Positions 1 through 13,281 of a DNA stretch of 64,000 bases are shown here, one piece after another (the stretch's first letter is position 1; every line of letters starts with the position of its first letter). The position numbers and the translations under genes are program-made. Source of the DNA: Hyphochytrium catenoides. Its lineage: Eukaryota; Protista; Hyphochytriomycota. The notes beneath the pieces were generated by a model. It searched no databases, was not told the origin of the DNA, and saw only the letters and a program-made list of their open reading frames with translations. Where the stretch lies: positions 21,337 to 85,336 of the forward strand of contig FLMG01000505.1 of NCBI GenBank assembly GCA_900088475.1, given 5' to 3'.

Positions 1-3000
1 GAAAGAGGGTGAACATTCAAGTATGGTGCCATAGAAAGGTAAAGAAGGACCCATCCATTACCTATCCTTCATGAAAGGTGAGGGCGACTCCAGTACGTAG
101 TGAACAATGCTCATCATCTCGTCTATACTCTCAACCACGGAGGCTGACACGGTCATCGGATCCCACCGAGGGCGCACACTAACATCTGCAACTGTGTGGT
201 AGACGTCTCGCGATGAGGCCTTAATGATGCCCCATCCTCTGAAGAGAATCATGTTAGCTATTTGGAAAAAGAAATGGAGGGCAGCAGCAACAGAGCAGCT
301 GAACATTATTGCGGACTTGTAGGTGAGGAAGTGTTGGCTATGAGACTAAGCAGATTAGAGGTGCCCCCCCCTCCCCCGCAAAAAAAGAAAGCACGAAAGG
401 GCACTGCGCAAGTACGCAGTGTTGGACCAGGGAATAAGGGCGGAACGGCAAACAAGACTGTGAAATAGAACTTGACATACAGAGAGGACTAAAGCCATTT
501 TTACAGAAAAGTTAATGCACGCGGTGGAGTGTAGGAGTGTGGGGAGGGAGTCACGACGACAAAGGTGCGGGCCAATGACAACATCGGGCGTACCTCACGA
601 CGACCGTCCCATCTTCGGCATCTTTAAAACGTGAAACAACCATTTCATTGTGCGCCTTCCAGAACTTCCAGCCGTTAAGCTGCTCGACTTGCCGTCCATC
701 CGGACCTCGCATGCTTGCACCCTCCACCAAGCCCATCAGCTTTGTAAGACCACGCCGTGACATCTACGAGAGGCAGTTTGACATCCAGCTTAGAGACATA
801 TTCGAAATGGGCGCAGAGATCTAACAAAGAGAAGCACAGTTTGCCAATCTCAGGTAAAGGAGTTCAGCAACAGCAGCGTTTATTCCGCAACAATTTCAAT
901 GCAGCCACCGTCGTCCAAGATGCACGTGACGATGCAGAGAGGGCATTGTCAAGATAGGTAATGGCGAAGCCCCATCTAACGAAAGGAAGGAAACACTAAC
1001 CTGTGAGTAGAACGCTTGAACGAAGACGTTGGGTTGACTCTTCCCGTCAGATAGTTTTCTATCAAACGATCGTCCAGACGAGGTAAGATCTCGGTCCCCA
1101 AAGTCGACACCGTTGACATGGAGACTGTCTTCTGGTGGGGCTGCCATCATCAAACTACCGCGATTGGATAAGTCCGCTCCAATGCTTGATATTAAACGTT
1201 GCTGTGATGTAAGAGATGATCATGAGGGCGAAAGCGAGATTTGAATGAGCTAAAGGTTTGTTGAAGAGACAATAGGTCCAAGGGATCTCCAGACAACGAG
1301 GAGTTTGTGCCACAAGGCTTCATACCTCTGGTCTTCTACCTCTTCTGCTCGTCATAACCATGCTTCCCCTATTAGAGTGTTCAAACCCATGGGATGGACC
1401 GATACGCTGTCATCAACGAGAACCTCCGTTAGCGATGCCACCCTCGAGTATATAGAAGGTGTCGAGTTTTCTAATCACGACCCACGATCGCTCAATAAGA
1501 ATTAAGTCAACGGGTTCTCACCCTACTGTCTGTGTCTGGGATGCTGTCGGTGGACTTTCCACCGAAATCTAGAAGCTCCTGCAGTGACTTAGTCGCCGCA
1601 GTCTCAACTAGATCCCTGGTAGATTCTAATAAGCTAAAGTCCTCTCCTCCTCCAACACGGGGCGAGCTTGCACTACTCCCGGGGCTATTCCTGCAAGCAA
1701 ATGCAAAGAAGCGAACAAGTCAGTCACCTTGGAGTTGGGCAGATAGAGCCAGGCAGGACAAAATGGAGTGACCAGTGAGGTTCACACTGCTAAGTCTTTA
1801 AAGTTAGCGGACAAATAGTAACCACCGATAAAGTGCAAGAATAGCAAGGGAATTGGAAGGCCCTCCACAATAAATCTGCAGGTGTACAGAGTGCAACGTA
1901 GCATGATGCCACGCGAGAAATGTCCTGGCGAAGATAGGTGATACTCAACAGTGCAGGACAAAGATGATGAGGGTGGAGCACAAGTAACTCCTACCGTTTC
2001 CCCCTATGGTCACCCTCCTCGGGCCTGCCTGAAACGTGAGCGGCCGAAGATGAGGAGGCCGAATGCGTTCGCCGCTTCGCGCTGCAGAAAGGAGTCTATT
2101 AGAGCCAAAGCTTGGGCCTAACATTTCTATACATGTACGAATGTCCGAAGGACAGTTTAACAATCAGGGCATGGATAAACTCAAAGGGCACTTTCCGACA
2201 AAAGGAGATAGAGGGGAGCTAACATCTCGCTGTTCTTACCTCTTCTGCGTAATCCCGGCATTGGGACTCTTTTCGATTGACGAAGTCTTAGGCCTATTTG
2301 CTGGAGAATGTGCCGGAGTAGAATATGCGCTGTACGATAAGAATGGAACGAGTAGCGTAAGCTACATAGATTAGGTAACGTCCAAACAAAGGGCAAGCGA
2401 ACTGAGCCTGAGCAGATGGCAACTACAAAAGATAGACGTAAGGAGAGTTTATATACCTCCGCGAGCCGAGCGATGTGGGGCTCTTTTCTGGACCGCTTTT
2501 GAGCCTGCTAGCCGGTGACTGGGCTGGGCTGGGGTGCGCGCTGTTGTTGGAGAAGTACACATGATTATAAAGAGAACTAGCGGCATTTTGGAATGGGGCA
2601 AAGTGAAGCGCAAACTGGTGGCCAAATGCCTACAAGCATGGACGTCTTGAGACCTAAAAGCAAGAACGACGGCCATCAGAAATGATACCTTCGAGGATGG
2701 TGGTGTGCCTGTGGCGTGCGAGGTGCACCTTCCTTGATACTGGGCGACATATCCAGACTTTTGGGCACGCTGTTGGCTGTCTTATACGTGGCACTTGAAG
2801 AGGTTGAAGGAGAGTACTTGTCGCCAGGAATTGTTCCTCCTGCTGCTGCGAGGGTCCTCTCCGAGTTTATCCGTTCTGCGCGCCGCCGGGCGAGGCGACG
2901 TCTTAAAAGCCGCCGGACGGTCGACATGACAAAGACCTAAAGGCAGACAAAATAAGAACGAGACTTGAATAGACAACACAAAGTGCTGCATCTCCAATCA

Positions 3001-6000
3001 GCAGACGTGCAGCAGACGTGATTCTTAGGAAAAAAATACTCTTCAAAGGAAGTGAAGCACTCGTAAAGTCGCCTATGCGACCCACTGCCAGATGCCGCTT
3101 GGCCGACCGCGGGCTTGAAGGCTGAGCTCACAGCAGATGCGCAGTTCCTCACCGGTGTGGATGCTTCTAAATGCGTTTTGACTAGCTCAATGTTCCCTCT
3201 AACAGCCTCTTGGATGGTTGACGTCGCCTGAGCGATCTCTGGGCTGCTGGTAACCTGCTTGTGGCGGAACTGGACGGAAATATCCAGATTCTCCTTACCG
3301 CTGAGATTCTTCTGTCGCTCTAAAGAGGCCAAACAATAAAGATACCCGCAGAAGTGTCTTAGGCGTTCCAAATGGATATGGCTTTGAAGAGAAAAGGAGG
3401 TAGTGCACGGACCACGGAGTTCCGTTTCCTTCTCAGCGGAAGGTAGCAGCACAGCAGAACTTAGCAACGCAAGGGAGAAGAGTAGGAAACTATCACATGA
3501 CCACCATCGAAATGATCGTAGAAGATGCGGAGAGACCCGATTAAGAATAAGCTGGTCTGCAATTTATACCTTTCTCTTCTTCCTCGTCATCACTGAGGGT
3601 AAGTTCTGTCAGCCGTACATCTAGATGTGCACTCCGAGCTAATGAGGCGCTGCGAAGAGAGATAACATAGACTTAGCGCGAGGTTAAGAAGTAAGTGGAT
3701 TCGATGGAGATTGGCCAGAACATGATGCTCACAGAGCTGTTTTGTGGGTCGCTGGGGAGCTCATAGAATGTAGAGCCAATAAAAGAGTACCACAAGGTTG
3801 CAGGAGGCTGCTGCAATGCGATGGAGAGCAAGGAATTGTTTTCAGCACACACCTTTTGTTTACGTCGCATATATTGTCATAGAAGTTGAGGACAACAGGA
3901 TAATTCTTTCTGATGAAGCTATTGAAGTGCTCCATGAAAGGCTCTTTTGCACCGAATAGCACGTTATTTGCCTATGAACAACGTATCAGGGCCATAAGAG
4001 AGTTATTAGGCCCAAGAAGTGGTCAAAATGGCAACAGGTAGCCAAGGATACGCTTCCCAGCAAACTCAGTCCGGGCGGCCAAGGTAAGACTAACAGTAGA
4101 AAGCAGCCCAGTCCGAGCACAAGAGGTAGTAAGAACAAAGTATGGGGCCTTCAGAACCGTCAAGTACCAGATTTTGTAACATCTTCGCGACGAGCATGAG
4201 CGCTCGCCTATGTCCAGCACTAAGCACGGTTTGTTTGTGCACCAGGCCAAACTTTTGCGGTATCACGATCACTGGACAGACAAAGCGGAGGAAAAAGACC
4301 ACGCCCACTGCATTCTCGCCACTAGAGTCAAACCTAGAGATAGAGCATACAAGGAACAAATGAGCACAGGTGCTAAACTGATGGGAAAGAGAAAAGAGAG
4401 GCCAGAACAGGTCATGCTAGCACAACAGTGAATAAGTCAGTGATTCAGAGCTTCGTGCCATTATGACCTAGGGACAGCGCTGCACGGACCCCAGGGGAGG
4501 ATCGAAGCCAAATGGAGAAGACAAAGCCGAAGAATTTAATTTGCATCTTACTTGGCTGATGCCCTCTTGCGTACTTGCTCCGACAGCTGACGCAGGGTAC
4601 TTGGGCAGAACTCTGCGGAATCTAGGATACTGTAAGGGAAGGAGTCAGAGAATATAACATGTCTCACGAATGTCCTTCAACAGCCATGAGGTCACTTGGT
4701 AGTAGAATAGAACTGGTGGCAAAGAAGTCCCAGACCAATAGGACCTAGACATTCAAGAGCACAGCCAGACCCAGCTTGGCGTCCCACCTTTTAAGAAAGT
4801 CCCGAGCTGCTGTCAGAAGACGTTCCCGATTTTCTTTGAGATCCTCGCCAGGTCCCAAACGATCGGGATCGACCTATAGGGAAGGGAAGCGGGAGAGAGC
4901 CTTTATTAGAAGAAAAGGAGCTCAAGTGACCAAGGAGAGAGGAAGCAGAAAGGGGCACAGATCATGTTTCCGATAGAGGTAGAGGAGAGAGACGAGAGAT
5001 AAAGCAGGCAGGATGCAGGACGAAAGAGAAGTATGGGAAGTAAGGCCATCCAAACCTACCTCAAAGGATCCTGTCTGCTCCAGAATTCTAACCACGGGAT
5101 CGCGCAGCATCTCCAGGAGGTAAGCATGCCCAACCGCATGGGAAAAAGCACCAATCACCTGTGTAAAGCAAAGTGGGTTTTCTTGCCGAATGCCTCTCTT
5201 CTATCGTCTCTCTTCTACGGGAACAACCCTTTGCCCCTCTTCTTGTCTCTTCGCGTTAGCCCATCCTTCAGAAACCCCCAGATTTTCTAAGGTTGCCGCT
5301 CACCTTAGAAGACAAAGTGTTGGACCTAAGAAATCCTGAGGCCTGGTCTGACTCTCCAAGTTCGATGTCTATAATGGTCTCTACGAACTTCATCAGCCGC
5401 TTGTGGCTGTTCGAGCAGTCAAACGCCATCACAATAGACTGAGAAAGGTTTTCCATGTCCTGACGGATCTAAGAGACAGAGGTGTTTAAGCATGCCAAGT
5501 CAAGAGTTGCTTCCACTGGGCTATTAATGTCTCCTCTACTGTCAGAATATATATTTCCTTGATCGCAAAGTAGGTTATGCCAATGGTTCCAGTCCCTTAT
5601 GTTTGCATTAAACTCTCCTCGTCCCACGGGTAAAAGCGAAGTCGTCCTTGTATTGTCACATACCGGAAGAACGGCCTTTAGCAGTTGAAAGTCCGGGTCG
5701 TCCACCATGCAATAAAGCAACGGTCCCTTGGAGTTCTCCTCGACTAAGTACTGGAAGGATCAATAGAGACAGAGTCTGAGCAGAACGTAACATGGAGGGA
5801 AGAGGAATGCAAATGCGTTCCTATAAGCTACTAGCAGCTGTGAATAACCATCACAGTGTCCTACGGTAAGCGTACCTTCAGACACCCTTCTGCGTTCAGA
5901 TTTTCCAGCTGCTTAGCCTATACACGAGAGACAGATGTAAGGAGAAAGCGCAAGGGAGAAGAGACCATAGTGCACGCCAGAATTAAGGACATATCAGGTT

Positions 6001-6944
6001 GAAAGTCGATAGCGAGATCTACTATACTTCGTAAAATCATGCGCACCTGGTCTAACTCCCTCTGTCTTCGTCTCTCAGTGCGGCGCTCTGCCTCTTCTCG
6101 TCTCCTGGCCTCCTTCTGCACTTCGGTTTCTTCCTCATTTGCCTCCCCTGACTTTCCCTCCCTATATTTCTGCTTTCTCCTGTCTTTGTCGCTATTCTTC
6201 TTCTCCATCTCTTGCTTTTCCTTTTCTCCGTCCCTGGGGACAATTTAGGAGTTGTCAGGTAACAAGAGGGAACAGCTCGGAGATATTGCGGCCCCTTGAA
6301 TATCAGTGATAAAAGAGACAAGGATGGACATCGTGTTATGCTAGGGTAGGGGAGAGAAGCCACTCGCTACCTCCTCTTTTGCTTATCTGCAGAGCTGTCT
6401 TTTCTTGAGAGCCTCTCGGCGGATCGGCCTGGAGGAGGACTACCGGTGCGACTCGGTCGGCTGTCTCGTGGCGTCTCTCCTGATCAGCGGTAAGTCAAAT
6501 GTGAACAGGAGTGAATTCAGCACTGTAAGAAACATGACAGAGGAAGAGGAAGGAGAAAAGACTAGTAGACAAGGCGATATTCACCATGGGACGGCAGCCC
6601 AGAAGAATGAAAGAATAGACAGCGCAGCACGCCAATTCGGTGTACCGCGCTACACCGGAAGGAGAGTTATCACGGTTTGAGAGTGCGGGAGGGAAAAAAC
6701 AAGCACAAGGGCTACTAAGATGACTTCCCAGTGGGCCTGAGACGGAGAAAGTATAACACCTACCATTGGCCTGCCTAGAAGAATTGGAATCCATCATCGC
6801 CCTTTCCAACATGACGCTACCCTCGTCCTTAATCTCTTCCTTGTCCCCAATGGTTAGGAAAGAGTTGAAGATTTTCGTCATTTCCTTCTTCAGGCCGTTG
6901 CCGAACAGGCCTCCTCTAGGCTTCTTCTTCTCTTTGTCCTCCAT
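1..6944 (-). CDS. Multi-exon Ras GTPase-activating protein (RasGAP) with probable C-terminal START lipid-transfer domain; 3' end runs off the window
   Basis: RasGAP exons: 'GFLRSNTLSSKV' (arginine-finger region, ~5310), 'AVGHAYLLEMLRDPVVRILEQTGSFEV' (~5060-5140), signature 'FFLRFVCPVIVIPQKFGL...RRALMLVAKMLQNL' (4170-4320), 'ANNVLFGAKEPFMEHFNSFI' (~3910-3970). START-like exons: 'LNGWKFWKAHNEMVVSRFKD' (~600-770) splices in phase to 'RGWGIIKASSRDVYHTVADVSVRPRWDPMTVSASVVESIDEMMSIVHYVLESPSPFMKDR' (61-240). Ser/Pro-rich GT-AG exons lie between. ATG at 6944 is inferred. Confidence 0.8.
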
Positions 6945-7365
6945 GGTGCAGAGTAAGTCTCCTACCTGACTCTGCGTATCGCTCTCGAATAGTTACGTGG
7001 AAATCAAATCATCTTGACTTTGGATAAGCGCCAAGACTCTTAAGAGCTCGACCGACAATGCTCGCAAGAGGCGACCGAGCAAGAAGGGATGGACACGCTC
7101 CGCAATAGGTTTTCGTTGCTTCTTAACCCTTTCCTGTGCTATAGCGGGAGAGCTTTCAAAAGCAGCTTCTCCTCTCTCAGCCTTCTTTCGCTAGGCTGCT
7201 CGATCTCAACAAGAGGTAGCAGTTAGCTCTTCTGACAAGAGTGCTTTGTTTGCCCTCGTTCTTTCGAGCTCTGTCTGCCGATAGTCTGAGGCTCCATACT
7301 CTTCTATTGCTTGCTGTCTGCTCCCGCACTGACCCTCAAGTCTCTACATCTGCACTGACTCCCAG

Positions 7366-7389
7366 CTCTCTCTCTCTCTCTCTCTCTCT
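7366..7389. repeat. (CT)n microsatellite
   Basis: Run of CT dinucleotides upstream of the RasGAP gene. Confidence 0.85.
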
Positions 7390-9406
7390 GTGACGCTTTC
7401 CCTATGTCTGGCGTTATCGTCCCAACCTGATGATATTGACAAAGCCCCTTGGTGATACCTTTTCCAACTCTGTCTAGTGAGCCCTGATATGTACTCACTT
7501 AGCAGTAGTATCTAGCGCATGCTCTGTCTCGGTCTCACTGTTCCTGCCTCCTCCGTCAATGTTGGCTTTACGCGTCTAATACAGCGCCGTATTGAGAACC
7601 CTGGCCTAAGATCTACTTAAGGACTACCTAACATTATACCCAAACCTATTCTATCACAGTTTCAGTTCCAAAGCGAGCCAGAAGCCACAACCCGTACAGA
7701 TTGGCTATCAGTATGGATTTCATTCAAAACTCCTCTCATCCTTCTGATTTACGGGGTCGAAAGCCATTCTTAGAACCGCTGGGTGGGTCGAGAGCCACTG
7801 GGATTCATTCAGATTCCAAACAGGTGAGGAGATACTGTCCTCCTTCATTCTGACCCTGTAAGTGGGTAGGACACCCCTCCTCCTCCCTCCTCAGACCGGT
7901 GAACTAGCAGCAGAAAACCATCATCAAGAGTTCATGGGCGTTAGTTCATCGTGTGCAGTGCATCACGCACTTCTTACACTTCACGACAAGCGAGATCACA
8001 TGTGGAGATGGATGCAAGCATTCGACATGTGTTTATTGGATGAGGGCAAGCTGGCCGCCAAGAGGCGAAGAGTCCAGGCTCGTCAGCCGAAGCTGAAAAA
8101 GTCACAATATTGGATCGATAGAATGTAAGCTTTCTAGACGAGTTCAACTGGCTCTGATAATAATCTTATTGGTCTTCATGTAGGGCCGGCGGCCCGCAGT
8201 TGTTGGCCGCCTGGTCCGGGTTGCACATTGCGCCACTGCAAAGTGCACACTCATCATTGTATCTACAGTGCGGCGCCAACCTCACGATTCCATAAATAAT
8301 ACTCCATATATTTTTTTATAAAAATGACACTTGTATGCGATACATTGAGACCGCCACCAAAGGCCAAAGAAGACACAGCAGAACGGCAGATGAAGGACCC
8401 ACCAGCAGCAACTCACCTCGTCATAACGATGCAGCAGAAGAAACGGCAGGATAGGACCGGCAAAGATCATTGATGGTAGCCAGTAAAGGAAAGGACGCCG
8501 GAGGTAGGGACAAAGACAAGCAGAGGACTGGCGGAACGAGTAAAGGTTTATAAGAAGAAACAAAAGTATGTGTAAATGATGCAGACAACAGAAGAATCAA
8601 ATAGCAAAGTAAAGAGCTTTTAGTGATGAGTCCGGAAGTTGAACGCGGCAAGGCCGTAAAGGTCCGCCTGCAACTTTCCCTATTATTACCATGGCAAGAT
8701 ACAAGTCAACGAAGCCAGCCTTATCTGACTCAACTAGTAGTAGATGTTTCCAAAAGTAGACTGCCAGCTGCTGCCTCAGATGGTGTTTGTTGTGCAGCAG
8801 AAGGACCCGGACGGATAGGCCAGTACAACGAGTTGTTTATGCCGCATGCTGACGAGGTCGAAGAGACGATGAAAATTGTTTAGGACCACCGACCCTTGAA
8901 GGACGCTACAGCTAGCTGCCTAAAAACCAACAAGGAGGAGACAGCAGCACGACAACACAGGACAGACAGGGTTATTACTACCAGGGCAGCTCCCCGATAC
9001 GGAGAAAGCTCCAGATATTATCACATCAACAACCTTATTCGAAGAACTAGTGTTATTACTTCCTCCACCCGTTTAGGGAGGAAGGCATCTCTATAGAACT
9101 CTTTCTTCATCAAACATGCCGCATTCTCCTAATCCCTGCGTCCCCTGGTACTACGCATACTGTTGTGCCACGATCGCAAGCCTTTAGGCTGCTGCCATGA
9201 CGCCGCTGCACTCATCCAATCTGAGCCTCAGCAGTGCCTTATCACTTACTCCGTACTTGATTGAAAAAACCGGGGAAGGAAGAATGGCTTAGAGTAGTAG
9301 TACTACGAAGGAGGAAGACTGGGCTTTGGTCATCGTCATGGTGCTCCTCATCAGAACCCATTCTTATATTTAGTAGGCCGATAAACGTTGTGTACTCCTC
9401 CAGTAG

Positions 9407-9490
9407 TCCGCTGTACAGTTATAGGTCCAAGAGGAGGCCCGTTTCCGCATCATGTGATAGAATAATAATGTAGCAGTACTTGTACACAGG
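9407..9490 (-). mobile_element. Possible decayed piggyBac-like transposase fragment
   Basis: Minus frame reads PVYKYCYIIILSHDAETGLLLDL*LYSG, resembling the piggyBac 'P.KYG.K...LCDA.TGY..NF.IY.G' block. Short and interrupted by a stop. Confidence 0.25.
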
Positions 9491-9937
9491 CAGCACAGAC
9501 GGGATAGTTTCTTAGTGCCAGAAAAGACCCGTTAGACCAGCGTCAGACTATGGCCATTCTTATTACGGTGCTAGCCGCGCCAAACGCCTTGTGAGTCCTA
9601 CCAGTAGATTCACTGGGTAGAAATCTATAGACTTTTTTTTCTCGTCTGAGGAGGTCTTTCCATTCACAAGATATGTGTGGGTGTGCCTTTTCATAGGTCC
9701 GCTCATCAGTTCTTGAGATTAAGAGGAAGAGACTGGAGCTCTTCACTCGCAAAGGCAGTGAGTTGCTTCCAGATCCTTGTGCAGTCCCTTTCCCTACGTA
9801 ATGGATCCTATAACCAGCACAAGGAGCTTGGCCGCCCGTCCTTTCACCAAAGCCCATCCTGATCGCTTTAGGTTCGGCCCAGCTTCCCATTCCTAAACTT
9901 AGGAGTCAGCTATCAAACCCCCAAAGGCGCCGAAGAC

Positions 9938-12900
9938 ATGACGTTATTTGCGGCTCGAGAAGCGTGGGATGGCTCGTTAGGGATTCGCGCTCGACTGCCT
10001 GCGCGTCTGGCTTATATAGTCACGAGCAAGCGGCGGAGCTTGATCGTTGGATTGTTTGTTCTCTTTTTTCTAGATTACGTCATCAAGCATCCGAAGGTTA
10101 GTCCCAATGCTGAGCTGCTTGGATATCGTCTTTGTGTTCTCACACAGTATTGGTGTTCGTACAGGGCTTCTTAAGGCAGTCTCTCCTGATTTCAAGCCCA
10201 CAATTCGTGAATGAAGCTTGTGGCTGGGACTATGAGGCCTCCTGGACGATTGGAATAATGAAGGGAACGTCACCCCTTACTTTACGATTCCCAAAGGACG
10301 TTAGGAACCCAATAGTCACCTGCGCAATGGTGAAGGACGTAAACGTCAGCTTTGTGGCTGATCCCTTCTTATTCATCCCTTCCGAAACGCGGGCCTCACT
10401 TCATGATGAAGAAGCAAAGGCTGACTTTGATTTGGTCTTCGCACACCAGTCCACTTGGTTTTTGTTTTTTGAGCAGAAGAATCTACAACGGTACATTGGA
10501 GAGATCGGGGCACTGATGAGCATGGATAGTGGGCAAACTTGGCAAAGTGTGGGAACAGTCCTCAGAGAGCAGTTCCACTTGTCCTATCCTCTCGTCAAGT
10601 TTCACGAAGCCTCTCGAAGGTAAGTCTGCTGGAGCTTCGCTTGGGACCACGTAGTAAACGAACCATGCTTCTCCCGCTCCATGCCACGACGTTAGATTTC
10701 TGATGATACCTGAGACGAATGAAGCGAATGCTATTCGGATATACACGACATCCATTGAGGAGTTTCCAAGGGGTTGGGTTCTTCATAGGACCATGCTGAC
10801 GGGTAAAGACAGTAGATAGCCTTCCAAAGACTTCCTGAGCTTCGCTTACAATGGTTATCTCCTAGGAAAGGAGTTTGTTGATACATCTCCTGTCTTCTTT
10901 GAGAATACATGGTGGATTTTCACCACGGTCTCGGGGACATTGTATCTGTACTACACAGATGATCTTCTTGAGCCCTGGCAAGAGCATCCGAACTCGCCCA
11001 TCTACACGAAAGAAAAGCGCTTTGGGCGGAGTGCTGGACCTCCTGTGGTGTACGACAATTACATATACCGTTATGCCCAAGACTACTCCCGGTGGTACGG
11101 AGAGAAGACACATATTTTCCGTGTGACTGAGCTCAGCAAGACGCGTTATTCGGAAAAGCTTGTCCATACGGTGAAATGTGGCATAGGAGAGTGGTGCGAG
11201 TATCGACTTCATCACATCGATGCGCATGCACTGGAGACACATCAGTGGGTGGCTGTAGTCGATGGAGACAACCATCCCTACAACTATGAATGGAAGAAGC
11301 GCGAAGGCACGTGGACTGCACTGAAACGGATAGCATTGTTGTCTTTGTTTTTGACAATTATGCGCTTCCTCTGTTCAACGAAGTCGGATTCCAGGATGCC
11401 AAGGAGAAAGAGCTTGACTATACTAGTAGTTGGCGAGAGACGAACGTTCAGCCACATCCGGTCGACACTCAGCCGCTCTGTTGCTCTGGGCTTCGTGGCC
11501 GTGAACTCGCTTGTATTCCGTTCCAACAAAGCTCTCATAGAACGCTTGGCTCTGGTTGCGGACCTGTTAGTCTTCTACAGATTGCAGGTCTTAGCGTATG
11601 CAATTAGTTGGCTGGCGGCCTTCACAATAATTCTGCTAGGAGTCATGCCTCGCTTGTGCTGCTACGATTGTAGCTATGACCATACGATCTGGTCAGAAAA
11701 GTCAGCGACCTTGCAGGACTTAGTTATTGTGACTCAGGCTAGTCAGGGCTATTTCGATAGGCTGGAGAACTTGGTTGGATCAGTGCATGTCTGGGAGCCA
11801 CAAGCAAGAATCGTTATTTATGATCTGGGCCTAGCTCTGTGGCAGGTAATTGACTGGTGGACGCCTTCTACTGAGTATACTACTAACTTCTTATATATGT
11901 AGAGGCAGAAAGCACTCTGTTGGATGAATGTGGAAGTCCGGGAGTTCAACTTCACACAATATCCAGTCCACGTGAAAAGCCTATGGAACTTTGCTTGGAA
12001 ACCCCTTGTGATTGAGGATGCTTTGAGACTGGATTCTGCTATATTAGTGCTAGACGCGGGAGTTGAACTACGGCGAGAGCTGACGCCAATTAGGAGAGAG
12101 GTAGGTGAAGCTGCAATACCACCGGTGGTCTGTGATATCTAAGGCACACATGATATCCCAGCTCGTTCGACATGGCTATTTCGGCACCAATCAAGTCGGC
12201 TTCGTTTTGGGTGACACTCACCCCGTGACCTTGCGAAAGATCCTGGACAATATTCCAGAGTCACCTCCACCGGAATACTTTGCCAATAAGAAACTTTGTG
12301 CTGGTGGAATCCAGGGCTACCTTAGGCACTCAGCAGCCTGGCAACAAGTAGGATCGCGCGCCATCAATTGCTCGCTTGACCCAGAGTGCATTTCTCCCAG
12401 CTTTCCTGTTCGACAACACAACTATGACCAATCGGTCTTGAGCCTATTAATGTATACATATGGCTACAAATGCGATGATGAAGATCTATACGCGCAGTGG
12501 TTTCTAGGGCAGACGACTCCAGATGAGACCGCCAAGAATGACGTGGTCTTGGCTCTTCGTAAGTATAACCATCTAGGGCCATATCGCAAGCATATTAAAG
12601 TACAGGTGAGGTACCCGTTCTGTTGCACAAAGAACAAGTCTTAACTCTTTGACATCAAGCAGACGAACTGTACTCCATTGCAAAGCGCAAATAGGCACTC
12701 GGTTGTCGAAAGTAGCGCTCTTTTGGTCGATGAGGAAGTGAAGAAGTGTTTATTGGACAACAAGTATGTGATGACCGCCTGTGAAGAAGCCCTAGCGAAA
12801 TCAGCATCCACCGGTGGCATCACCTGGAGATTGAGGATGAAAGCTGGATGGAACCACGTCAGATTCTCCTGCTATAGAGCATTTTGGTGTCCTTGGGCTC

Positions 12901-12995
12901 ATGTCATTGCTGCATTTGTTACATTGATAGTCTCCTTTGCCTTAATAATCCCACGGAAACGCCGCCAATCCGCTGGGCATCCGAGATGGGATTGA
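9938..12995 (+). CDS. Multi-exon membrane protein: GINT1-type N-terminal beta-propeller + TM segments + DUF1647 putative glycosyltransferase domain + C-terminal TM
   Basis: Propeller motifs as in plant GINT1 N-terminus: 'CGWDYEASWTIGI..G.SP', 'NPIVTCA', 'SFVADPFLF', 'LFFEQK', 'FHLSYP', 'WQEHPNSPIY', 'YRYAQD...YG', 'HHIDAH...VAVVDGD'. C-terminal half has DUF1647-like motifs 'VIVTQAS..YF..L.NL..S', 'IVIYDLGL', 'YP.HV..LWNFAWKPLVI', 'LDAG', 'AGGIQG', 'C.LDPECISP', 'HNYDQSVLSLL'. GT-AG introns at ~10097, 10620, 10803, 11846, 12101, 12606. Confidence 0.85.
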
Positions 12996-13281
12996 TATTT
13001 ATAACGTAGCAGCTGACAACAATGCGGTGTACCTCACATTAGTATGTTGCGCTTATGAGCTAAGCGCTTATGATCACACATTGGTAGGTATAACTGAGGC
13101 TGGTCTTGTTAAAAAGTTAGCAGACCTGACGCTGCTGCTGGAGGACGTAGGTTGGGGAGGCACAACTCAGGTAACATGGTGGTCCACTCCCTAGGAACAT
13201 GTGCAACCTTGAAGCTATTGCAAGTTGCCATGGCTTACTCTTTATGAGCATGAGGAAAGGACTGCAAATCAGTATTCTGAG

